From Abditibacteriaceae bacterium (lineage in GTDB: Bacteria; Armatimonadota; Abditibacteriia; Abditibacteriales; Abditibacteriaceae): a stretch of DNA of 34,605 bases. Location: positions 1 through 34,605 of the forward strand of contig JANMKN010000288.1 in the NCBI GenBank assembly GCA_031372065.1. The letters run 5' to 3'. Positions 20,412-29,591 of the stretch are shown here, one piece after another. The translations under genes were made by a program, and so were the position numbers. Under the pieces are notes generated by a model. It had not been told where the DNA came from. It saw nothing but the letters and a program-made list of their open reading frames with translations, and did not search any database. The first letter of the stretch is position 1. The number at the start of each line of letters is the position of its first letter.

Positions 20412-22502
20412 ATGAAATCAAAACAAACAAAGAAAGTGCTGTTAAACCGAATCGCCTCGGCACTTACGATCTGCTTGCTGATTCTGTCCTCGGTGGTAGC
20501 GCATGGGGAGGTGCCTTTTGACCCACCGGGGACGTATTCCACGTCATGGATGGGGAACACTTACATGGATGCCAATGGACATAAGGTTGTCACCGAAGAA
20601 CTGACCGACCTTTGTGTCAGCCCCAATGGGCATATGTTTAGTGCTGGCTATGCCGAAGCCTGGGGTGGCGGCGCTGAATACAATACCGCTGACGGTGCCT
20701 TTGTCGCCCGTTACGACAGGTTTGAATCGGGTTTTGGCGACCCGGTTAAAGCCGTGGCAGCCAACGCCACTTATGTTTTCTGGGGCACTCCAGGTAAAGG
20801 TCTTTTAAGGTCAGCTCATGGTGGTGGAGGTGCGGGCGCCTATACGACTTTCCTTGCGGGGAAAATAATCACCGGACTATGCGTCAAAGGCGAAAAATTA
20901 TACATCAGCAATTTCTCTGATGGAAAAATTCAGGTGTATAACATCGCCACCATGACCGAGGACTGGAGTTGGGCTTGCGCAAATCCAACGCGGCTCACTG
21001 TGGATAATACAGGAACTGTGTGGGTCATTCGATGGGATGGCACCAGCCCCCAAAAACCGCATGAAGGTTCGATATGGTGGGGCGAAAAAGTGGTGTCGTT
21101 TTCTGCCACAGGCACACCGGGGCCTGAAATCACTGATTTTGAAAAGCCGCTGGCCCTTGCGGTGAACAAGAGCGGGCAGTTGCTGGTTGGCGGGTTGAAC
21201 GAACACTCGCAGGTTTGGATTTACAACATCACCAAAGCGCCTTCCAAAGTCGGAACCTTCGGCGCGCAAGGTGGGATATTCTCCGGCACGTCGGGCGCGT
21301 TTACCAACTTCGCCAAGTTACATTGGATCAAGGCTATCGTGGTGGATGCCAACGACAACATTTATACCGGCTGCACCTATGGCACTTTCTGGGGCAACTG
21401 TATTGAAAAGTGGAATCCCACCGGCGTCTTACAGTGGAGGCTCTTTGCTGGCACTTCACTGGATAGCGCGGGTTTAGACCCAGAGCACGATACCGAGGTG
21501 TATTCAAAATATCATCACTACTCGCTCGACTATTCCAAGACCGCACCCGGAACGGAATGGTCATTGAAGGGCTTCACTGTCAACCGATTCAAATATCCCA
21601 ACGACCCACGAGTTGATCAAAACTCGGATGTAGGTTCGCGCGCTTTGGGAGCCGGCGTCTGGCGGCTCGGTGGCCAACTATTCGTTGGTCGCAGCAGTCA
21701 GGAAGGCTATCGGTTTGAATTGTATCGTCAGGAAACGCCCACTGATGGCGAGGTGTTGGTGCCGTCTTTTCGGATGGGCGCGGGGGGAGAGATGAATAAT
21801 CACTTCTATAATCCCAAAAGCAAAACATGGATGCCAAAACCCAAAAAGGACGGAATCTATAACCAATATTGGAATATTGCGAAAAACGGCGACCTGTTCA
21901 CCATTGGCGATCCGCAAACGATCATCCACTATAAATTTGGTGGCTTAGACATCAATAGCAACCCCGTCTGGGATGCCGCAACGGCCACGACCGAGGTGGT
22001 TTCCGCGTTTAAGCCGGTGCGCCGTCTGGCTTACGACTCCGACGCCGATGTGATGTATATGGCCGGGGATGTGAAAGAACAAAACTGGGGATCGTTTCTG
22101 CGGATTAAAAAATTTCTGAAGTGGTCAACCGGGAATCGCACCTCAAACTATACCATCACTTTGCCTTATCAGGACACGGAGTATGCCGGGAGCAGCAACT
22201 ACGGCGGCGGTCAGCCTATCGCTTTTTCGGTGGTCGGCGACTACATTTTTGTCCTTTATGGAATAGGTCATGTGCGCATTTTAAACAAAACTGATGGCAG
22301 TTTAATGGGCACTTTGCGACAAAACGTGAACGGCTGGAAAGGCAGCGATGGACAAGTGGATGCGGCTTACGGGATGACGGTAACTCAACGAAAAAATGGG
22401 GAATATGTAATCCTGTTTGAGAATGCTGCCTGGGCTAATATTATGATGACCCGCTGGTGCCCAGACGCTAAATACTCTGCTCTGACTGGCAAACCCGAAT
22501 AG
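20412..22502 (+). CDS. Secreted hypothetical beta-propeller (NHL-like) protein
   Basis: Signal peptide (..VVAHG) and repeated blades such as 'PTRLTVDNTGTVWV', 'PLALAVNKSGQLLV' and 'AIVVDANDNIY'. Confidence 0.7.
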   Translation: MKSKQTKKVLLNRIASALTICLLILSSVVAHGEVPFDPPGTYSTSWMGNTYMDANGHKVVTEELTDLCVSPNGHMFSAGYAEAWGGGAEYNTADGAFVARYDRFESGFGDPVKAVAANATYVFWGTPGKGLLRSAHGGGGAGAYTTFLAGKIITGLCVKGEKLYISNFSDGKIQVYNIATMTEDWSWACANPTRLTVDNTGTVWVIRWDGTSPQKPHEGSIWWGEKVVSFSATGTPGPEITDFEKPLALAVNKSGQLLVGGLNEHSQVWIYNITKAPSKVGTFGAQGGIFSGTSGAFTNFAKLHWIKAIVVDANDNIYTGCTYGTFWGNCIEKWNPTGVLQWRLFAGTSLDSAGLDPEHDTEVYSKYHHYSLDYSKTAPGTEWSLKGFTVNRFKYPNDPRVDQNSDVGSRALGAGVWRLGGQLFVGRSSQEGYRFELYRQETPTDGEVLVPSFRMGAGGEMNNHFYNPKSKTWMPKPKKDGIYNQYWNIAKNGDLFTIGDPQTIIHYKFGGLDINSNPVWDAATATTEVVSAFKPVRRLAYDSDADVMYMAGDVKEQNWGSFLRIKKFLKWSTGNRTSNYTITLPYQDTEYAGSSNYGGGQPIAFSVVGDYIFVLYGIGHVRILNKTDGSLMGTLRQNVNGWKGSDGQVDAAYGMTVTQRKNGEYVILFENAAWANIMMTRWCPDAKYSALTGKPE

Positions 22503-22601
22503 ACAAACTCCCTGTCTATTAACGCGGAAAGTGGTCTAATGGAAAAAATTGGCATTCATGTTTGGTAAAATGCCGTGCGCACGCCGTAGAATAAACAAGC
22601 C

Positions 22602-24383
22602 ATGAGCGACGAAACATTAAACGAAATCCCAAGCGAAGCTGCGCCAACCGAGGAAAACACGCCCGAAATCACCGCGCCGGAAGCGGATGAAGCGATTGGC
22701 GAAGCCATCAAAAGCGAAATGCCGTCCGGCGGGGAGGCTATCGAAGCAGCAGATGACGCCGAAGCGGAAATCGCGCCTGTCGAGCCAGAAATAGTGCCTA
22801 TTGAACCAGAAACGGCACCTGTCGAAGGCGAAACGGCGGCGCCCGTCGCGGCTTTTGTGCCTGTCGAGCCTGTCCCAGAGGCGCCGTTGCCTGTTTCACA
22901 GCCTGTCGGCGAAAAAGTGCCGCCCGCATTGCCTGAAGGCCATCCGCCCGAACCGCCGCGCCCTTTAATGATTGGCGCGTTTTTGCGTTTGGAATTTGAA
23001 ATTCAAGAAATCATAGCGCGCGGCTTGACAAATCTTTATCGCGTCAGCGGCGGCGATTTCGGGGCGGCGACGCCGCATTTAATCGCCGAACGCGAAGCGC
23101 AAGAAAATTGGCCGGAAATTGAATTTTCCTCAGCGCTTTTCCCCAAAGCCGAACGCTTCACGCAAGAAGGCCGCGATTATTTGGTTTTCGATTGGGACGA
23201 AACGACTTCGCTTTACGATTATCGGGCGCCCAGCAACGACGAGGATTATTTGCGCTGCCTCGGCAATTTGGCCGAAGCCTTTGCCGAATTGGAAAAACAA
23301 AATCTGACCGCGCATTTTTCGCGCGAACTGTTGCGCGCCGACGACGATGGCAACTTGAAATTCTACGGCTTTCCCGAAGCCGCGAACGAAAACGCGCCGG
23401 AGGCACTCGAAGAACTAACGCGCCTGAGTAATTTCCTGTTGAAAAAAGTGTTTTCCGAAGCCGTGACGATGCGTTTGGGCGACGAATACGGCGCTTTGGT
23501 GATGAGCGACGAAGTGAAAAATTTCGCACGCCAATTAGATGAACGCGCTTTTGAAAACGCCGCGCAAATTGCCGGATGGGCGCGCGAATTATGCCCGCCA
23601 GAAGGCATAAAAGTCGTTTCGGCCCTGCTTTCCGATGTCGGCATGGAGCGCGAAATTAATGAAGATGCGGGCGCGATTTTTCTGTTGCAGCGCGCGGCGC
23701 ATTTGGGCCAATACGATTTGGAAATTTATATTGTTTCCGATGGCATGGGCGGTCACGAAGGCGGCGAAGTCGCCAGCGATTTGACGCTCACGACATTGCA
23801 AAACGCTTTGGTGCAACGCGCCGCAAAAATCAATTGGCGCGATAATGTGCAAGTGCGCGCGGCGTTGCTCGACATCATTGATGAAGTCAACCTCGCCGTG
23901 GTGAATTTGACCCAAGAACCACAATATCGCGGCCATCGCGCCAAACCCGGCGCGACTTTGGTTTTTGCGGTTCGTTTGGGTCGTCGCGTTTTTGTCGGCA
24001 ACGTTGGCGATAGCCGCGCATATGTATGGAATGAGGCCGCTGGTTTGCAACGCATCAGCAAAGATCACTCGTATGTGCAATCGCTGATTGACCAAGGCGA
24101 ACTGAGCGAAGAAGACTCGTGGGATCATCCCGATGGCTCCATTATAACGGCGAATATCGGCGATCCTAAGCTGCGTTTGAAAGATGTTTTTTTGCGATTG
24201 TTCAAACCCGGCGATAAGCTTTTACTGGTGTCCGACGGCGTTGTTGATATGTTGCGCGACCCTGAAATCGAGGTCTTTTTAAAAGAAGATAACCCCCGCG
24301 AAATAGTGCGCGATTTGGTGGACGCCAGCAACACCGCAGGCGGCGCGGACAATATCACGGCAGTTTGTGTAGTCTTTGAATAG
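22602..24383 (+). CDS. PP2C (PrpC-type) Ser/Thr phosphatase with an acidic/Pro-rich N-terminus and a degenerate kinase-like domain
   Basis: SDVGMEREINED, VSDGMGGHEGGEVAS, GATL, NVGDSRAY, DHS, SDGV and GGADNIT motifs. Confidence 0.9.
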   Translation: MSDETLNEIPSEAAPTEENTPEITAPEADEAIGEAIKSEMPSGGEAIEAADDAEAEIAPVEPEIVPIEPETAPVEGETAAPVAAFVPVEPVPEAPLPVSQPVGEKVPPALPEGHPPEPPRPLMIGAFLRLEFEIQEIIARGLTNLYRVSGGDFGAATPHLIAEREAQENWPEIEFSSALFPKAERFTQEGRDYLVFDWDETTSLYDYRAPSNDEDYLRCLGNLAEAFAELEKQNLTAHFSRELLRADDDGNLKFYGFPEAANENAPEALEELTRLSNFLLKKVFSEAVTMRLGDEYGALVMSDEVKNFARQLDERAFENAAQIAGWARELCPPEGIKVVSALLSDVGMEREINEDAGAIFLLQRAAHLGQYDLEIYIVSDGMGGHEGGEVASDLTLTTLQNALVQRAAKINWRDNVQVRAALLDIIDEVNLAVVNLTQEPQYRGHRAKPGATLVFAVRLGRRVFVGNVGDSRAYVWNEAAGLQRISKDHSYVQSLIDQGELSEEDSWDHPDGSIITANIGDPKLRLKDVFLRLFKPGDKLLLVSDGVVDMLRDPEIEVFLKEDNPREIVRDLVDASNTAGGADNITAVCVVFE

Positions 24384-24454
24384 TGGGCGGTGGTCAGTGA
24401 GCAGTGGCCGGAAAAGGCCGATGCTGACCTCTGAAAACTGAACCCTGAACACTG
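24382..24454. repeat. Degenerate inverted heptamer repeats (intergenic)
   Basis: AGTGGGC GGTGGTC AGTGAGC AGTGGCC ... CTGACCT CTGAAAA CTGAACC CTGAACA CTG. Confidence 0.6.
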
Positions 24455-24462
24455 GAGAAAAA

Positions 24463-25731
24463 ATGGCTAATGCTCTTCAAATTCGCACGGCGTTGGACAA
24501 GGAATTTCGTCCGACGCGCGGCGATTATCTGCAAACCATCATGATCGAATTGACGCCGGGCCGTAATATGGCGTCGCTGCCGCTTAATCTCGGCATTTTG
24601 CTGGATGTTTCGCATTCGATGCAAGGCACCAAACTGGAAAACGCCAAGCGCGCCTGTCAACTTTTGCTTGACCAACTCGGCCCACAAGATCGCGCGGCGG
24701 TCTGCGTTTTTTCATCGGGTGCGCGCACCGTGGCGCCTTCGATGCTCTTTGAACCGGAAGTCAAAGCCAACGCGCAACGCGCTGTGGGCAACTTGCGCGT
24801 TGAAGGCGCGACAGAACTTTTAGCGGGCTTGAATCAGGTTTATGCCGAAGTCGCGCCGCATCGCACGCCGCAAGTGACTACCTTTGTCATTGTGTTGTCC
24901 GATGGCGACCCGACGGATGATCAAGGCTATCGCGTCGAAGACAAAACGCAATATATCGAGCGTGTGTCGTCCGAATTCGCTTCGCATGGCGTTTCGCTTT
25001 CGACGATTGGTCTTGGCTCGGCTGCCGATTTCGACGCCGCCTTTTTGCGCGATTTATCGGACAAAGGTTCGGGCAAATTTTTGATGTCCAAAGACCCTCA
25101 AGAACTCGCTGATGCCTTCCAAGATGAATTTGGCCGCATTCAAAGCACCGTGATGGCCGATGTAACACTCGAAGTCACGCGCTTAAACGGCGTCGCGCGT
25201 CGCTTTTGGCGCGTGCTGCCTGACAAAAAGATTTTCGACCCGCCGCGTGCCATCAATCAAAGCCTCACAATTCCCATCGGCTCAATGCAAAACGATCAGC
25301 CGCAGGCGTATTTGTTGGACGTTGTGACAAGCGCGCCACAAGAAACCGGCGGGCGCGGTTTGCTTTGCCAAGTCAAAGCGATTGTCACCATTGACGGCCA
25401 GCCTTTTGAAGTTTCCACCAACGTGACGGTTGGCTATTCTGATAACGAACTCGAACTCGCGCAGCGCAATGGCGAAGTGCAGCGCCTGATTGAAGAAGCC
25501 AACGATTTTAAATTACAAGTTGATTTAGAGCAAGCCGTCAAAACCGGCGACCGCAAGCGTATGACCAGCATTTTGGCGACGAAAAAGAAAATGACTCAGC
25601 GTTTGGGCAAAAACACAGCGACCAAAGTGTTGGAAGAGATGGAAGACACCTTGCAAACTGGCGGCGACATTTCGCCGGACGTGCTGGCTGTCTCGTCGGC
25701 GGAAACCAAAAAAACCAAGCGTTTGGCGTAA
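24463..25731 (+). CDS. vWA domain protein with a C-terminal helical tail
   Basis: MIDAS DxSxS (LLDVSHSM), GAT, LSDG and STIGLG motifs. GGAG RBS. Confidence 0.9.
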   Translation: MANALQIRTALDKEFRPTRGDYLQTIMIELTPGRNMASLPLNLGILLDVSHSMQGTKLENAKRACQLLLDQLGPQDRAAVCVFSSGARTVAPSMLFEPEVKANAQRAVGNLRVEGATELLAGLNQVYAEVAPHRTPQVTTFVIVLSDGDPTDDQGYRVEDKTQYIERVSSEFASHGVSLSTIGLGSAADFDAAFLRDLSDKGSGKFLMSKDPQELADAFQDEFGRIQSTVMADVTLEVTRLNGVARRFWRVLPDKKIFDPPRAINQSLTIPIGSMQNDQPQAYLLDVVTSAPQETGGRGLLCQVKAIVTIDGQPFEVSTNVTVGYSDNELELAQRNGEVQRLIEEANDFKLQVDLEQAVKTGDRKRMTSILATKKKMTQRLGKNTATKVLEEMEDTLQTGGDISPDVLAVSSAETKKTKRLA

Positions 25732-25741
25732 GTCAACGGCA

Positions 25742-26836
25742 ATGAGAAATTTACCGCGATTTTTATGCATAGCAGGCTTTGTCGCAGTGTTTTTGACTGC
25801 TTCAATGGCGCAACCGGAAGCACAAAAGCCCGATAATGCGCGGCTGCAAAAGCCGCAAATGGAACGCAATGATTTTTCGTCGCCGGAAAATACGGTTCTT
25901 TCGTTCGTGTCCGCGTTGAATGCCTACGATGCTAAACGCACCGTTGAGTGCGTTTCCGGCGCGAAAGAATCTCCTTTGTTTGAAAGGGAAATGCGCAGTT
26001 ACCGCCGCAATCGCACAAACATGGTGCTTGGCAAAATACAAACACATATTAACGGCGACAATGCTGAAGCAGGGTTTTCGATGGATTTGTTGATGGAGGT
26101 CCATAACATCCCGGCGGAGAGAACCGAAGAAAAGATCGCGCTGAAAAACGATAATGGACGCTGGCTTTTGGTGCCGCCGACCAAGGAAAACCAGAAAATA
26201 TTCAAAGCGAGTGGTTATTTAGCTCAATTAGCGTTGGTTTTCGCGCAACCCGAAATGCTGCCCTTAGATAGTGAAGAAGAGGATGGCTGTGAAGATCATC
26301 TCGAAGCCTTAGCCAAAGCCGCATTGCGTTTGGCAAAAGATAACAAGGGCGCTTTTTTCATGACCAAAGCGGCTGGTTTCTTCCTTGATGAGTCAAAGCC
26401 TCCGCTGCTTCCCGAAGTGAAAGCCCTTGCTAAAGGCTACAAAATTCCTGTCCATCCACAGTTGAAAGCGGTTTGGCAAAAAGCACTGTGGCCGTATCGT
26501 CAAAATGCCGTGTATTATATGTGTATGCAGGAATGGGAAGGCGACGATGTGCATGTGAAGCAGCCCGGAAGCGACGAAATGCCAGTGCATCCTGTTACTA
26601 AATTAGTTGTGCCTGATTCGGCCTATCAGTCTTACGATTTCAATGCGTATTTGGTGGAAATGGCAATCAAAAAAATTAAAGAGCCAGCGCGCACGGTGTT
26701 GATTTACGAAGGTCAAGGTGGAAAATTGAATTTCCGGCATGGTGGTAATGCAACAGTGGTTTTTGTGGATGGTAGTGCCGCCATGATTGGCCCAGAAGAA
26801 GCGAAAAATTTGATTTGGAATCCGAAAGGAAAATGA
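25742..26836 (+). CDS. Secreted protein: NTF2/DUF4878-like domain + DUF1559-like region with a C-terminal H-X9-DG motif
   Basis: Signal peptide, 'SSPENTVLSFVSALNAYD..LKNDNGRWLL', 'CEDHLEALAKAAL', 'SYDFN', and 'FRHGGNATVVFVDGSA'. Confidence 0.7.
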   Translation: MRNLPRFLCIAGFVAVFLTASMAQPEAQKPDNARLQKPQMERNDFSSPENTVLSFVSALNAYDAKRTVECVSGAKESPLFEREMRSYRRNRTNMVLGKIQTHINGDNAEAGFSMDLLMEVHNIPAERTEEKIALKNDNGRWLLVPPTKENQKIFKASGYLAQLALVFAQPEMLPLDSEEEDGCEDHLEALAKAALRLAKDNKGAFFMTKAAGFFLDESKPPLLPEVKALAKGYKIPVHPQLKAVWQKALWPYRQNAVYYMCMQEWEGDDVHVKQPGSDEMPVHPVTKLVVPDSAYQSYDFNAYLVEMAIKKIKEPARTVLIYEGQGGKLNFRHGGNATVVFVDGSAAMIGPEEAKNLIWNPKGK

Positions 26837-26837
26837 A

Positions 26838-27647
26838 ATGATTAAATGTCCCAGTTGCGGCCACGAAAATGTGCCGGGCACGCAGTTTTGCGAAGGGTGC
26901 GGCGAAGAATTGGCGCAAGACAACGGCGCGGCGCCCGCCGCTGCTGCTGCGCCACAAGTGATGGTCAAATGTCCGGCGTGCGACAACATGAACCCTGCCG
27001 ATAACGTGGCGTGCGAAGTGTGCGGCGCCGAATTGTCTGGCGGCGCGGTTCCACCCATGCCATCTGCGCCTGCGCCGGATAGCAGTGCGGCTTTGCCCAT
27101 CGCGCCGATTCCAGCAGATTTGGCCGATCCTACAGCGGGTGCTTTATCGAGCGGTTCGATGACGCCGTTTGATACTGGTGCTACTCCCGCGCCCGCACCT
27201 CCTGACACGCCGTTGGATACGCCAATGCCAGATATGCCGCTACCGTCTGCGCCCGTTGCGCCGCCGGTGCCGCCAACGCCACCTGTGGCCGCCGCGCCGC
27301 TTCCCGCTGGTGATCTTGCGCCCGGTAAAGTGAAATTGGTGGTTGAGCAAGGCCAAACTGTCGGCGCGCAATTTGTTTTAGGCGATGCGGAAATGCTGGT
27401 TGGGCGCGAAGACACTGACGAAGATATTTATCCTGATATTGACTTAGCCGATCAGGACGCCGGTTATGTGCATCGTAAGCACGCCACGCTGCGCTTTGAT
27501 AACGGCAATCTCAGCGTTGAGCATTTGGGCGGCTCCAACAAAACCCGCATCAATAACAAGCCGATTCCCGACAACGAACCGCAGCCGTTAAAACTCGGCG
27601 ATAAAGTTTCGTTCGGCAAAGTTGTGTTGCGCGTTTTGCCCGCTTAA
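26838..27647 (+). CDS. Double zinc-ribbon + Pro-rich linker + FHA domain protein
   Basis: CPSC..CEGC and CPAC..CEVC ribbons, then FHA 'VGRED..PDIDL..VHRKHA..SNKT..LKLGDKVSFG'. Confidence 0.9.
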   Translation: MIKCPSCGHENVPGTQFCEGCGEELAQDNGAAPAAAAAPQVMVKCPACDNMNPADNVACEVCGAELSGGAVPPMPSAPAPDSSAALPIAPIPADLADPTAGALSSGSMTPFDTGATPAPAPPDTPLDTPMPDMPLPSAPVAPPVPPTPPVAAAPLPAGDLAPGKVKLVVEQGQTVGAQFVLGDAEMLVGREDTDEDIYPDIDLADQDAGYVHRKHATLRFDNGNLSVEHLGGSNKTRINNKPIPDNEPQPLKLGDKVSFGKVVLRVLPA

Positions 27648-27655
27648 TTTAAGTT

Positions 27656-27750
27656 GCCGCCGAGACGCCGAGAAGAAAAGATGAGGGCATTCAAATCACC
27701 TCATTTCCCATCTCTCATTTTTGTTTTTCTTCTTGGCGTCCTCGTCGGTG
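27656..27750. repeat. Long imperfect inverted repeat (REP/MITE-like) between the FHA and Sir2 genes
   Basis: GCCGCCGAGACGCCGAGAAGAAAAGATGAG ... CTCATTTTTGTTTTTCTTCTTGGCGTCCTCGTCGGT. Confidence 0.75.
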
Positions 27751-27757
27751 AAATCCC

Positions 27758-28576
27758 ATGAACGAAATTGAACGAGCCGCTGAACTGATTGCTCAGGCCG
27801 ATGCGCTCATAATTGGGGCAGGAGCGGGCATGGGCGTGGATTCGGGACTGCCGGATTTTCGCGGCACGGAAGGTTTTTGGCGCGCTTATCCGCCCTTTGC
27901 CGAGCGCGGTTTGCACTTCGAGCAAGTCGCTAATCCGCGTTGGTTCGATAAAGAACCGGAAATGGCGTGGGGTTTTTACGGGCATCGTTACCATCTTTAT
28001 AAAAACACCGCGCCGCACGTCGGTTTTGAAATTTTGCGCGACTTTTCTGCGAAAATGGCGCGCGGCGCATGGGTTTTTACATCCAATGTGGACGGGCATT
28101 TTCAACGCGCCGGGTTTGCCGATGAGCAGGTTTACGAATGTCACGGTTCACTTCAATTTCTGCAATGCGCCGAGCCTTGTTGTGAAGAAATCTGGCCCGC
28201 TGGCGATTTGGAAATTGTTATTGACGAAGAAACTTTTCTCGCCGAAGAACCGCTGCCCGTTTGTCCGCGCTGCGAAAATTTAGCGCGCCCGAATGTGCTA
28301 ATGTTTTACGATGGCAAGTGGTTGTGGAATCGCAGTGAAACGCAGCACCGTCGCTTTGATAAGTGGGTGGCTTCGCTGGAAAATGCCAATCTCGTCATCA
28401 TCGAAATTGGAGCAGGCACGGCGGTGCCTTCGGTGCGCAACATGAGTGACAAATTGCACAGCATCGGCGCTGATTTGGTTCGCATCAACCCGCGCGAATC
28501 GCAAGGGCCACGCGGCACCATAAGTCTCGAACTGGGCGCCTTAGAAGCGCTCACAAAAATTGCCGCGCAATTGTAA
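27758..28576 (+). CDS. Sir2-family NAD-dependent protein deacylase
   Basis: GAGAGMGVDSGLPDFRG, TSNVDGHF, ECHGS, Zn-binding Cys pairs, RPNVLMF, EIGAG and RINP motifs. Confidence 0.92.
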   Translation: MNEIERAAELIAQADALIIGAGAGMGVDSGLPDFRGTEGFWRAYPPFAERGLHFEQVANPRWFDKEPEMAWGFYGHRYHLYKNTAPHVGFEILRDFSAKMARGAWVFTSNVDGHFQRAGFADEQVYECHGSLQFLQCAEPCCEEIWPAGDLEIVIDEETFLAEEPLPVCPRCENLARPNVLMFYDGKWLWNRSETQHRRFDKWVASLENANLVIIEIGAGTAVPSVRNMSDKLHSIGADLVRINPRESQGPRGTISLELGALEALTKIAAQL

Positions 28577-28581
28577 ATTTT

Positions 28582-29565
28582 ATGCCCAACGCATTGATAT
28601 TCGGTGTCACCGGTCAGGATGGCGCCTACTTAGCCCGCTTGTTGCTGGAAAAAGGCTACGTCGTGAGCGGAGCGCATCGGCGCGGGCGTGAGACGCAAAC
28701 GGCGGGATTATGCGAATTAGGCATCGCCGATGCTCTGCAATTGTTGTCCGTTGATTATCATAATGAAAATGAAATGACGTCTCTGATAGAGTCAGTGGCG
28801 CCGGATGAGATTTATAATTTAGCCGCGCAAAGTTCGGTGGCGCAATCGTTTCAGATTCCGGTGGAAACTTCGCTTATAAACGGTGTTTTTGTGGCGCGCC
28901 TTTTGGAAATAGTGCGGCAAAAGGCGCCGCAAGCCCGCTTTTTTCAAGCGTCGTCCTCGGAAATTTTCGGCGCGGTGGACAACAGTTTGTTATGCGAAAG
29001 CACGCCGCTACGCCCGCGCAATCCCTATGGCACGTCCAAAGCCTATGCGCATCATCTGGTGCGAAATTATCGCGAGGCGTTTGGACTTCACGCCAGTTGT
29101 GGCATATTGTTCACGCACGAATCGCCCTTGCGAGGACCGCAATTTGTATCGCGCAAAGTCACTTTGGCCGTCGCGCGCATCAAAAATGGGCTGCAAGACG
29201 AATTGGTTTTGGGAAATACTGACGTAAGTCGGGCTTGGGGCTTTGCCGGGGAATATGTCGAGGCTATGTGGCGGATGCTTCAACAAACGCATGCGACTGA
29301 TTTCGTCATCGCCACCGAACAAGTGCGCACGTTGCGGACCTGGGTCGCATTGGCTTTTGAAACTGTTGGCTTAGAAGCCGAAAAGTATTTGAGAACTGAC
29401 GCGCAATTACTGCGGCCCAACGATTCGTTCGTGATGCGTCCCGACTCGTCCAAAGCGCAGCAAATGTTGGGTTGGAAGGCGCAATTGAAGGCTGAAGAGT
29501 TAGTGAAAATGATGGTCGAAGCCGATATGCGTCGCGTGGTCGAATCGCGCTGCGAGATTCAGTGA
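28582..29565 (+). CDS. GDP-mannose 4,6-dehydratase-like protein (divergent paralog)
   Basis: [40 protein letters not shown] and FVSRKVT motifs. Confidence 0.85.
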   Translation: MPNALIFGVTGQDGAYLARLLLEKGYVVSGAHRRGRETQTAGLCELGIADALQLLSVDYHNENEMTSLIESVAPDEIYNLAAQSSVAQSFQIPVETSLINGVFVARLLEIVRQKAPQARFFQASSSEIFGAVDNSLLCESTPLRPRNPYGTSKAYAHHLVRNYREAFGLHASCGILFTHESPLRGPQFVSRKVTLAVARIKNGLQDELVLGNTDVSRAWGFAGEYVEAMWRMLQQTHATDFVIATEQVRTLRTWVALAFETVGLEAEKYLRTDAQLLRPNDSFVMRPDSSKAQQMLGWKAQLKAEELVKMMVEADMRRVVESRCEIQ

Positions 29566-29591
29566 GGTATTGGTATTTAAAGGAGACTGGC

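Noticed and set aside
27758..28576. Sir2 anti-phage NADase (Thoeris/DSR type)
   Set aside because: It is a stand-alone Zn-binding deacylase-type sirtuin with no fused or adjacent defence partner.
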